The notes beneath the pieces were generated by a model that worked only from the letters and a program-made list of their open reading frames with translations, did no database searches and was not told the DNA's origin. The translations under genes and the position numbers were made by a program. A stretch of 64,000 nt of DNA from Octopus vulgaris (Eukaryota): positions 49,600,001-49,664,000 of the forward strand of contig OX597830.1 in assembly GCA_951406725.2 (NCBI GenBank), read 5' to 3'. This document shows, one piece after another, positions 1-11,870 of this stretch; position 1 is the first letter of the stretch, and each line of letters starts with the position of its first letter.

Positions 1-2221
1 AGGTTGCTTGTTTCATTTCCATCTCACAGAAATCAAATAATTTGGAGCTATTTATCATGGTGTAACACCATAATGAAACCGAAGCTCCTACTTGAGATTG
101 CAATACAAAAGAAAAACGGTGACCTGTTATAAGATGCCTGATAAAATAGATTTCATTAAATATTAAATAATGGTCACGTGCTTAATCTTATGAGGATCAT
201 TCTCTTTTATTAGTTATTCAGATTATTTAGTATTGTATTGCTGTTTTTTTTTATGTGAATCGCCATTTTCTATCGAAGGAATTTTCCACTGAAGTTTTAA
301 ATTATGTTGATAGTAATATAACGGACGTAAGGGAGAGATGAATCTTCAATGCTCCACCTCCAACATCTCTAGCACCATGATAAAGAACATCTTATCACAC
401 ACAGTAACGTGTGTGACGATAAGAAGGGCACACAATCGTTAAAACTATGCCAATAGACATATACATTACAACAGACAACTAGCGTTGTCTATTGTTGAAG
501 CCGTAAGATGACAAGTAGCAAATACTGAGCTAGTAGGAGAGACACCCAATTTATGCTAGCTCAGAGAAATAGCCATAAAATGAAGGTGGTGATGGTGATG
601 ATGGTGATGTAGCACATATCAGATTGATTGGCTGGCCGTGGACTGTTCTAAATTTTCCTATTGCAGCCATTGATCTGTATTTCTTAATCCCAACAACCCC
701 GCGCCGAAGAGAAGTAATCTCACACTTTTGGTAAACAAATGATATTCTTTATCATTCTCTCAATCGACATTGTCTGTTAGCTCAACACAAGATAAAACCC
801 TCGTCAAGCGGAGCTATGTGCACTGATATTCCAACCACGACCATCTCGGCCTTTTCATTCATTATTTAATCCAGTGTGTCAATTTAAATCTGATAACGAC
901 TGTTTTGAGGGAACGTTAGCTGCACAGTCTAGCATATCAAGGAACCATGTAATAAGTCCCTCATTGGTTTCAGTGAGTAGAATGCCATTCTAGTGGGAAG
1001 AAATGGCAATCAAGATGGTATTGCTTTCATGTACTTCTTCATATGTTAAAAACATTTCGCGATTGAAACTTGCCGGGCGACAGCAACAGCAATGCCACAT
1101 GCATTAATTTTAGTATTTTCGTTCTTTCACCAACTATGTGTGACAATATTGGGACAATGCTTGCTTGATTGATTTCCACGTTTATGGTGCTCAAATGGCA
1201 CTTGTTTTATCGATCCCGAAACGATGAAAAGCAAAGTTGAACTCGGTGGAAATTGAACTCAGAATGTAAAGATGAACGAAATGCTGTTAAGTATATTGCT
1301 TGGCTTGCTAAAGATTCTACCAGCTCGCCACTTCTGGCAACAACTTCAGACGCATTAATTTTATATTCTTTTAGTTCTTCCAGTAACTGTGTGTGTCCAG
1401 GCTGGGGCAATACGCGCTTCTTTGATTTCTTTGTTTGTACGATATAACTTATGTATGTTGATGGAATATATTACAGGATTGAACTAGAGTGAAACAACAA
1501 CAATAATTCTAATTCTTTGAAAATATGATTTATCAAACGAGAAAACATGTACGAAGTTGCAAGGCATGCTCTACATAATAGCCAAATTTTCTTTGCAATA
1601 ACACTTCTATGTGTAAATGAATAAGAAAACCCGTTTAGATAACAAAGGCCTACGTATTAGATAGGTGAAACGGCCACACTTGGCATTAGATCTCTTGGAA
1701 CGTATTTAGGTACCAGATAAAGATTTGTGATGAGCTGATATGATACTTCTCCAACATCAGACAAAGGTAAAAGGGAACTTTTTGACAAATCATATTTTAC
1801 TTCAGCGTGTGAAAAAAAAAAAAATAGAAGACAAAATTATTAAAAAAAAAATTATTAAAAAAAACAGACAAAAAGATGAAATAGAAATATCCTATACTGA
1901 ATACAACATACTCAGTGTAGTTCGTCTTACGGTATAAAGCTTAACACCTTATACAGTTAGATAACATAGGAAAGCAGAAAAGTTTAAGTTGTTAATAGAA
2001 TTCGTTTCAACTACAAACAGCTGTTTGTATTAATAATTAATTCTTCCATGTCTCCATCTGTTGTGAGACAATTTTCCCAAGGCTTTTAGGACAAATATAG
2101 AAATACTTATTTAGCGAAGGAATTTCCTTTTCAACCAGTCGGATCCGGATTATGTCTTACTGCATATCGCATTGTGTTAATGTCTTCCATTGTAAATTTG
2201 AAACGGTTTCAGTTTCAATAA

Positions 2222-2370
2222 CGTGGCTGTGTGGTAAGAAGCTTGCTTCCCAACCACACGGTGCCGGGTTCAGTCCCACTGCGTGGCACCTTGGGCAGGT
2301 GTCTTCTTCTATAGCCTCCGGCCGACAAAAGCCTTCTGAGTTAATTTCGGAAACTGAAAGAAGCCCGTCG

Positions 2371-2433
<63 letters not shown>

Positions 2434-2629
2434 TTTATTTAAAGCAGCAGAAAATTCAACAAAACCTGTTACTCTGAGTTTCACGTTGCAAAAACTGTCC
2501 GACGAACGGCAACGTGAAACTCAGAGTAACAAGTTTTATTGAATTTTCTGCTGCTTTAAATAAAGCATATTACTCTACATTTGAGTACTCTTTTTTCCAC
2601 CTTGTTTCACATTTATGTGTTTACTCCGG

Positions 2630-2684
<55 letters not shown>

Positions 2685-2870
2685 TTATGTGCCTGCGTTT
2701 GTCCCCCTACAATCGCTTGACAACAGACGTTGGTGTGTTTACTTTCCCGTAACTTATTGAGACCGATAGAAGAAGTACTAAGCATACGAAGAATAAGTCC
2801 TGGTGTCGATTTATTCGACTAAAAGGTGGTCCAGTATGGCCGCAGTCAAATGACTGAAACAAGTAAAAGA
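2222..2870 (+). mobile_element. SINE family A (tRNA-like head, internal microsatellite), interrupted by a hairpin element at 2431-2630
   Basis: Head GTGGCTGTGTGGTAAGAAGCTTGCTTCCCAACCAC...GGGTTCAGTCCCACTG and tail ATGGCCGCAGTCAAATGACTGAAACAAGTAAAAGA recur many times in the window. Confidence 0.85.
2431..2630 (+). mobile_element. Short (TA)n-embedded element with inverted partial duplication and hammerhead-like core (Penelope/retrozyme-like)
   Basis: Arms 2433-2489 and 2509-2567 are near-perfect inverted repeats. Core at 2499-2528: CCGACGA-ACG(GCAA)CGT-GAA-ACTC-A-GAGT-A. Confidence 0.6.
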
Positions 2871-2900
2871 GTAGGATGCATAAATAAAAATACTAGTGTA

Positions 2901-2942
<42 letters not shown>

Positions 2943-4023
2943 AAATCAGTAGACCGCCATCATGCAACCGTATACTGCTAAATTCCTAAGATTCAGGAAG
3001 CAGGCAAAACTACTTATCGTCTGCTCGTGTAGAACTGATCCGGGGCGACACGACAAAATGTTGTCATCTACGTCAACGTTGTCGTCTTCGCTGCTATCAT
3101 CATCTTTTTAAAAAATTATTGTGACAATAATGACGTCAATACTATGGTCGGTGGTGACGCTGGTGCCTCGTGCCTGAGCTGTTTCAGTTGCTGCTGCTGC
3201 TGATGTATTGGGAGGCGAGGTGAGGGTTGTAGTGGGAGTGATGATAGCTCTGGTCGTAGTGGGGGTGGTGGGGGAGGGAGTGGTGGTGAGTGCGATGACG
3301 GAGTTACGATGATGTCTGCATTTGGCGAAATTTACGACAAGCAATGACGTCCCAGTTTTATTGTTTACATCATACATCAAAGCTTGTCACTTTTATACAC
3401 ACACACACACACACACACACATACACACACACGCACGTGCGCGCGCGCGCATCTGATACGCTGCATACTGTATACATGTAATATCAACCGTATCTTTATT
3501 AATAGCATCAACACCGTTACACACATGAAGCTGAAGAAGAAATTTGAAGAGAAAGCAATAGAAAAGCATCAGCGTTTGTGTCAGAGTGCGCGCGTGTGTG
3601 CGTGCGTGTGTGAGATAATGACGTCACAGGAGATGGTATATAGTCGAGCATAGCTGCCGTTATGTGATATATAGCTATCTCACTAGACAGATCAATCACA
3701 TCAATGTGACAATGTACGTCACTGTTAGCGTATATGTGGGTATATATATATATATATATATACACATACATTCATTCATACACACACACAGACGCACACA
3801 TATACAAACATACGTACATACATTACGGCAAACAATATCAGGTACCTGTAATAAGATTCATCTATACTCTTGCATACATACACACCTGTGCATATATATA
3901 ATATATACATATATATATGTGTGCACATATATGTATTTAAGAGCCATTCATACATGATGTATGTATGCATGTATGCATGTATATATATATACGCATGTAT
4001 ATGTATTTAAGAGACAATCATCC

Positions 4024-4102
<79 letters not shown>

Positions 4103-5420
4103 ACACACACACACGCCACACAAGCTCCACAAACAGTGCCGCTATGCTGTAGTATGTAAAACTAAATGGCCTCCCTCTCACTAAACCCCTCATCTGTAAA
4201 TCATATAGCGTGAAGCATATCTCAATAAATCAAGAATTCTCCAATAAAATACACTTTTCGATCAATGTATTATTGATGAGGCAATCAGAAAGCGATCAAT
4301 TGGCAATATTTTCACCTTGATTATTGATTATCGAAGAGCTAGGTAGATGATTGGTCGGATAGGTGGCTGGCTGGCTGGGTGGATGGATGGATGGATGGAT
4401 GGGTAGATCGACAGCTGGACGATCGTGTGGGTGGGTCCACAGAGAACTAGCTTGATGAGTGGGTGGATGGGTGGACGTTTGTGTCACCTGGGGGCGATAT
4501 TTGTTGATGAAAGTCGGATATAGTGCTCTGCATCCCTAGACAGTTGCTTCAAAGGATCATTGGCTATTTTTAGATGAGGACGAGTGAATTATTGGAAAGG
4601 GTTGCAACAGAGAGAGGAGTGGTGTTCGGTAGAGTAAGGGAATTCAACAGTCACTTTACAACCATATGGAAGCAACGGTGTATGAAGAAGCTGGACTGAC
4701 TGAAGGTTCATTATGAGACGGCGTTTTGCGGAAAAGTGTGTATTTGAGGGCTGGTCGTGCTGGTAGATCAGGTATTTGTGGGTGTAACACCTGTTATTTC
4801 TGTTAGAGATGTGATTATTTTTGTTTAGCTGTTAGTGTGTGTGTGTGTGTGTGTGATGACAAATGAACATACGCAAAAGAGAATACAAAAAGACGTGGAC
4901 ACACTTTCCCCTAATTGGTTATCGACCAAAAAAGAAATCCAAAGAGCTTTGATACCTTATCGATAAAATTGTTCAATTTGGTGGCGTCAAAACAATAAAA
5001 TGAGCAAACAATATGAGCAAACAATATGAAAAACCGTATAAGAAAAATTTATCCCAAGACCCAACGGAAAAAAATGAGCGAGTGATGACGAGAACGAGAC
5101 TATATAGATGAAGAACGCAGCGTAGGACACTGCAGTCTGAGTTCAAATCCTGCCGAGATCATCTTTGCCTTTTATCGTTCCGAGCTCGATAGAGGACGAA
5201 AACAAGCTAGTGGATTAGAAAAAACTGTTATGACACTTGGTGGTATTTCTTTCAGCTGGTTGGGCTGATGAGACTGGTGTCATGCAGTCTTGACCTCGTC
5301 TTTGGGGGAGTATCAATGAAAAAAAAACGAGAGTTCGGATATCTGATACTCCTACTCAGACACTGTGTAAATACTGAAGAAAACCTTCTCAGTCACAATT
5401 ACCAACCACAAAAGAACGTA

Positions 5421-5478
<58 letters not shown>

Positions 5479-5479
<1 letters not shown>

Positions 5480-5633
5480 ATGTAAATATGCGATTTGAAT
5501 ATGGCTAACCCCTAAGGGTGGATGCTACTGTAGTTTTTAGCATCCACCCTTAGGGGTTAGCCATATTCAAATGGCATATTTACATCACGATGTGTTTCTG
5601 CTACTGTTGATAACTCACTCTGATATTTATCAT
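5479..5633 (+). repeat. Short (TA)n-embedded element with a ~50-bp inverted duplication plus unique tail
   Basis: TGATGTAAATATGCGATTTGAATATGGCTAACCCCTAAGGGTGGATGCTA and its reverse complement (1 mismatch) are separated by ~10 nt. Confidence 0.8.
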
Positions 5634-5644
5634 TATATATATAT

Positions 5645-6010
5645 ATACACTAACATGTTTTGGCCATTGTGGGCCAGGCCATGCAGGCCATGTCTAACTT
5701 AATAGCGCAGAACAGAGTAAGCTGGATCAGCCGGCAAACATCAATTCCTACCTGAATAGGAAACCAGAGCTCAGTCAAATAGGGAGATAATGTTTACCAT
5801 ATTATATCAATGTGACCGTGGTGGTATATATGGTATTTCCTGAAGGAATTATTTCAGGTACTGGCTGAATGTCATGAGAGCTTTATCGTTACTGATTTCT
5901 TTCGAAATTTTATTGAACAAAGCAGAACAACGATAAAGTATTCACCACAGTGTACAAACAATGTAGATTTTCATGGCGGTGTTGAAGAAAATAAAGGTCT
6001 AGGCCTTTGA
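5645..6010 (-). mobile_element. Old 5'-truncated CR1-group LINE 3' fragment
   Basis: The reverse strand reads ALFNKISKEISNDKALMTFSQYLK*FLQEIP, matching ORF2 ALFNITPGHVKKETDHTKFKKSLDKFLQTVP. It contains the 3' UTR motif GCTATTAAGTTAGACATGGCCTG and abuts (TA)n. Confidence 0.8.
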
Positions 6011-6240
6011 ACCGATCACAATAGTGAAGGCGTTCATACAATATATTGAATTTTCTTTTGTTATAAATCTCTGAGTTGCTTCAACTGTTCTTGTTTTGTT
6101 TTCTGAAGGCAATCCATTGTGAGCACTGCTATGTATGCGTATATGTGCATGTGCGTATGTGTGTGTGTGCACGAGTGCGCACATTTGCATATTTATGCGT
6201 ACATGTATGTAATTATGTGTGTTTAGATGTACGTGCTTGC

Positions 6241-6287
<47 letters not shown>

Positions 6288-6412
6288 GTTAATCCAAACA
6301 AGAAAACACGAAAAAAAAACCCAAAAAACACAACAACGCGAGGACGTGGAACAAATGAATTATTATTGGACGCTCAGGAAAGAGGGAAAAAAGGAGGGTT
6401 TAACGTTTCGAG

Positions 6413-6530
6413 TGGCCTGCTCGCTTAGCCAGCGGGGTGTCGTCATTTGAAGGCTAAAACAATGCGAAGCGCATTGTGACCAGCGATGTGTGCAACATCT
6501 GATAGCCTAGTCGGTGACGGTGACGGTGAT
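6413..6530 (+). repeat. ~115-bp structured interspersed repeat; second copy at 61007-61123 (-)
   Basis: Both copies begin TGGCCTG and share CGCTTAGCCAGCGGGGTG...ACAATGCGAA-GCATTGTGACCAGCGATGTGT-GCAACATCTGAT. They are associated with (TA)n. Confidence 0.8.
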
Positions 6531-6548
6531 ATATATATATATATAGAT

Positions 6549-6603
<55 letters not shown>

Positions 6604-6650
6604 TGCGTGTCTATATGTGTGTGTGTGTTGTGTATTTAAATGTACGTGTG

Positions 6651-6728
<78 letters not shown>

Positions 6729-6858
6729 TGCGTGTATGAGTATGTGCTTGTATACGATGTACGAGTTTGTGGCGAAGAGAGAAAAAGATCAGTAAAGAGA
6801 AAGAATGCGAAAATGTGACAAGGAAGAGAAGAAAGTGAAATGGAAGACAGTGAGAAGA

Positions 6859-6902
<44 letters not shown>

Positions 6903-7204
6903 AGGTCAGGATGAGAGAGGAAGTGGAAGGGAAGCATTATATGAGTCGTTAATTATAAAGATGAATGAAATCTAAATTGGATCAATGGAGGAACCAAAGT
7001 CTTTACTACATGTGAGTAGTGGGAGTAGCCATGTAGTAAAACAACCACATACACACTACCAAACGTGCTCAGTCTCATACACACACGTTTACATGCATAT
7101 GTACACGCACACACACACCACAGATATATATATATACACGAATACACATACACAGCCACACATGCACATACGCATACACGCACACGAACTAATAATTACA
7201 CAAA

Positions 7205-7591
7205 GTGGAGGCGCAATGGCCCAGTGGTTAGGGCAGCGGACTCGCGGTCGTAGGATCGCAGTTTCGATTCCCAGACCGGGCGTTGTGAGTGTTTATTGAC
7301 CGAAAACACCTAAATCTCCACGAGGCTCCGGCAGGGGATGGTGGTGCTCCCTACTGTACTCTTTCACCACAACTTTCTCTCACTCTTACTTCCTGTTTCT
7401 GTTGTACCTGTACTTCAAAGGGCCAGCCTTGTCACTCTCTGAGTCACGCTGAATATCCCCGAGAACTACGTTAAGGGTACACGTGTCTGTGGAGTGCTCA
7501 GCCACTTACACGTTAATTTCACGAGCAGGCTGTTCCGTTGATTCGGATCAACCGGAACCCTCATCGTCGTAACCGACGGAGTGCTTCCTTA
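7205..7591 (+). mobile_element. tRNA-derived SINE (family C), young copy
   Basis: A box TGGCCCAGTGG, B box GTTTCGATTCC, 11-bp TSD AATTACACAAA (7194-7204 and 7592-7602). Nearly identical to 11486-11870. Confidence 0.92.
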
Positions 7592-8227
7592 AATTACACA
7601 AACACATATATATAAAACTGAATAAGAGCACGTAGCGTTTCATTAATTAATAAGTTAAAAGGAATGCGCAAACGGAAAACAGACACAGGTGGTCTACCAA
7701 ACCCACATCAGTTATTGGCCAGAGGGTCAAACGTATATCTAAATATTTAATTTTAGGTTTAGTAATAATAAAAACAATTTTATATTAAGCTGAAGGGTTG
7801 CTCCATACTTTTGTAGAGGACAAGTTTATTTTTCTTTAATGGTACTGAAAGTGACTCCGAAGTTTCGGTCAGCTAAGCCATATGTATATGAGAAATAGAA
7901 TTACATACAAATAAGTATATAAACTTATTTGTTATACTTTCTGTCGACTGTTAAATATACTTTTATTTTTAAATAACAGAAAATATATATGTTAAAATAT
8001 TATATTCTTGATTGGGTTCATTTTTCATATTTGTGTTATACCCCCCCACACACACACAAATATCCGCACACATACACACACGCACAACCACACGCACCAC
8101 GCACAAACATTTATTGGATTATATATAAAGTTTAAAAAGAAACGTTTCTATTTTAATAAAAATGTCATAATATAGAGGTGCATTTCAAATGTGTCCGTAC
8201 AGAATCACGTGCACATAACTGAGAAGA

Positions 8228-8262
<35 letters not shown>

Positions 8263-8942
8263 CAAAATATGAGAATGTATGATTCAAAAATACAAAATAA
8301 ATACAAAAACACGATTTTAATAAACGCACATTGTGTGAGTGCATGTGTGTTTTCATTTATTTTTCTGAGTACAGGCACAGAAACGTACATGCGTGTATGT
8401 GTGCGCGCTTCTGAAAATATTATCTTTATTAACGAACTCCTCATAAATATATCCACTCAGTCCAGCACGTGTCATGGGTACTTATTTGAACTATGGCCTT
8501 CACGCCTCCATACAAGGCATAATCCAACTTTATATATATATATATATATACGAAGAGAGAGAGAGATACACACATAATATATGTATATCTATATCTATAT
8601 ATATATGTATGTATGTACATTACGCGTGTGTTTTGTGTGTACGCGTGTATTATATTTAAGTAACAATACAATTGGATCCATGCCACAAAACTGCTGCTGA
8701 GGACAGGAGACAGGTAAACCAACAGCGAGCAAAAATCGTGGAGCCAGGCGCACGTACACACGTGTATATATATATATATATATATACATGACTACGTGCG
8801 CGCACACATACACGTAGTTTTGTATGCACAAACACCCTTATAGAATATATAGCCATGCAAAACACTAACGTGTGTGCGTGCATTTGCGTATTCATGTTAT
8901 ATTTATGTGTTTAGATAAGATATTTTAATATACATGTTATTC

Positions 8943-8983
<41 letters not shown>

Positions 8984-9095
8984 CTACTTGAGAAGAGGAC
9001 CAATGCTAAAACATGAAATGTATGACTGAATGATATATATCTCGAAACTAATTATATTGGTGTTAAGTGTCATTTTAGGTACACAGTGTGTGTGA

Positions 9096-9157
<62 letters not shown>

Positions 9158-9937
9158 GTATATATATATATATGTAAATATTAATAAATGTATATATTTA
9201 TACACACAGGAATAAACAATAACATTGTTAACATAGCAGGTAAGAAAGTCAGGTGCGACAAGTATAGAAAGTTATAGATGAAGAAAAGCGCACTTTACCT
9301 GGCGATTAAGTAAAAACTGTGTTGGTCGATATATCATAGAAGAGAGAGAGAGACCAAGTGACGTTTGCTTCAGCAAGTTAATGTATAAATATTATGAATG
9401 GACATCTGAAGCGGAATTTATGAATGAACGAGTGGCTGGCGTAGAATGGAGTAAATAGTTTTATACAACTCACTACCGTTAAGCTGAGGATGGAAACACT
9501 TCTGTTATTCGCTGTGTTTGAATTAACTTACCTGGATTCTTCTCTCCTGCCGAAAGTTCCAGCCTCTTCTTCTACAATCCTTTATTCCTCATTTATTCAT
9601 ATCATTTCTTTTGCTAATGTATTTATATCAGGTAATATTTGAACAAAATAAACCTATGCGGACATATGCATGCATTTACACACACATGCATACATACAGA
9701 CACACACATACACACATACACACACACATACACATATATTCATATATATATCTACATACCTTTAAAATGCACACACACACACACATACTCACACATATAT
9801 ATATATAGGTATCTGTTTGTGTGTATGTATGTATATACATACATATATATATACACATATAAATATATATATATATGTATGTATGTATATATATATATGT
9901 ATATATATATTGACATATATATATATAAATCCATACC

Positions 9938-10004
<67 letters not shown>

Positions 10005-10606
10005 GCGTACATGTATATGTATATGTATATGTGTGTGTGTATGTGTGTATTTACACCCTCATACTATATCTATATGTGCAATTGTTAAATATAATTATTT
10101 TAATTTTCCAATAAACATATGGTTACATCTATTTCACACACAGACACACATAAACGGACACATGGACACACACACAGACACATGGACACGAACATAAACA
10201 CAAGCATGGACAACCCTCACCCACTCACACTTATCAGCCCGTCCTCTGTTCTAAAAATAGAACACTCGCAAATGTTTCTATTATAAGACCGTTCTCGGCT
10301 GTGACCTCCCACCCCGCCCACAAACAATGATGCTATTTGTTGTCGTCAACGTCTCCCACCGCCACCCATCCGTTATCATATGCAACTTAAGATGCTGTAG
10401 ACGTACAAATGAGGTGTAGACGATATGATATTGCGAAGGCGTGGCACCTATCGTGTGTAATGGACACAGCATTTAACAGGTGTTCCCTTTATAATAATAC
10501 CTGACAATATTTGGTATTTCTGTCTTATCCAAAAGAAAAATTGTTTCCTTTTCGGGATGGTCTTTACGTAATTAGTGTTGGTGAATAAAAACTATTATAT
10601 GCTTGT

Positions 10607-10743
10607 CTTTTATCGTTTACCTGTTTCAGTCGTTAGACCGCGGCCATGCTGGGGGTCTCACCGGTAAATTACAAGAACGTAAACACACTAACACCGGTTC
10701 TCAAGCCTAGCGGGGTGCAAACACAGGCACAAAGACACACATG

Positions 10744-10774
<31 letters not shown>

Positions 10775-10939
10775 GCGACGGGTTTCTTTGAGTTTCCGTC
10801 TATCAAATCCATTCACAAAGCTTTGGTCCGTCCGAGGTTACAGTAGAAGACCCTTGTCCAAAGTGTCACACGTTGCGACTGAACCTAGAACTACGTGGTT
10901 GGGAAGCAAACTTCTTACCACACGGCTACGCTTGCGCCT
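10607..10939 (-). mobile_element. SINE family A copy
   Basis: Reverse complement of the family A head (GTGGTTGGGAAGCAAACTTCTTACCACACGGC) and tail (TGTTTCAGTCGTTAGACCGCGGCCATGCT). Confidence 0.8.
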
Positions 10940-10984
10940 GATTCGTCTAATCTTCGTAAAGGGCTTATAGTATTATATATTTCA

Positions 10985-11206
10985 CTGGCAGAAACGTTAG
11001 CACGCCGGGCGAAATGCGTAGCCGTATTTCGTCTGCCGTTACGTTCAGAGTTCAAATTCCGCCGAGGTCGACTTTGCCTTTCATCCTTTTGGGGTCGATA
11101 AATAAAGTACCAGTTACGCACTGGGGTTGATGTAATCGACTTAATCCGTTTGTCTGTCCTTGTTTGTCCCTTCTGTGTTTAGCCGCTTGTGGGTAGTAAA
11201 GAAATA
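10985..11206 (+). mobile_element. SINE family B
   Basis: CTGGCAGAAACGTTAGCACGCCGGGCGAAATGC...GAGTTCAAATTCCGCCGAGGTCGACTTTGCCTTTCATCCTTTTGGGGTCGATAAA with B box GAGTTCAAATTCC. Multiple copies in the window. Confidence 0.85.
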
Positions 11207-11485
11207 TATATTTCACTTTTGAGGGTTTTATTGTCTTTGTCTTTTCCTCAGCAAGGCCCCTGTTTATTTTACTCCGTTTTTGACTATTGTTATCAAAGTA
11301 TTAAAAGTGATGGTGGGTTACAGAATGCGTTGTATAAGTGCGAATTCTTACATTCTTAGTTCGAATCCCAAACTTATAGATTTTTCAGGACACTGAACGA
11401 TGCAAGTGAAAATTAGACCGTGGTAAGTTTTGAACTCTGAATGTTGAGCAATGAAACTATTTTAGCGTGGTTCTATATTAATGGT

Positions 11486-11870
11486 CGTGGAGGCGCAATG
11501 GCCCAGTGGTTAGGGCAGCGGACTCGCGGTCGTAGGATCGCGGTTTCGATTCCCAGACCGGGTGTTGTGAGTGTTTATTGAGCGAAAACACCTAAAGCTC
11601 CACGAGGCTCCGGCAGGGATGGTGGTGATCCCTACTGTACTCTTTCACCACAACTTTCTCTCACTCTTACTTCCTGTTTCTGTTGTACCTGTATTTCAAA
11701 GGGCCGGCCTTGTCACTCTCTGTGTCACGCTGAATATCCCCGAGAACTATGTTAAGGGTACACGTGTCTGTGGAGTGCTCAGCCACTTACACGTTAATTT
11801 CACGAGCAGGCTGTTCCGTTGATCGGATCAACCGGAACCCTCGTCGTCGTAACCGACGGAGTACTTACAC
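11486..11870 (+). mobile_element. tRNA-derived SINE (family C), young copy
   Basis: Same sequence as 7205-7591. TSD ATATTAATGGT / ATGTTAATGGT. Confidence 0.92.

Noticed and set aside
3131-3627. Two TGACGTCA (CRE) palindromes
   Set aside because: The count in the window is close to chance expectation and they lie among low-complexity repeats.
7205-7280. tRNA-like sequence (also at 11488 and 41800)
   Set aside because: It is the head of a multi-copy SINE with TSDs. There is no complete acceptor stem.
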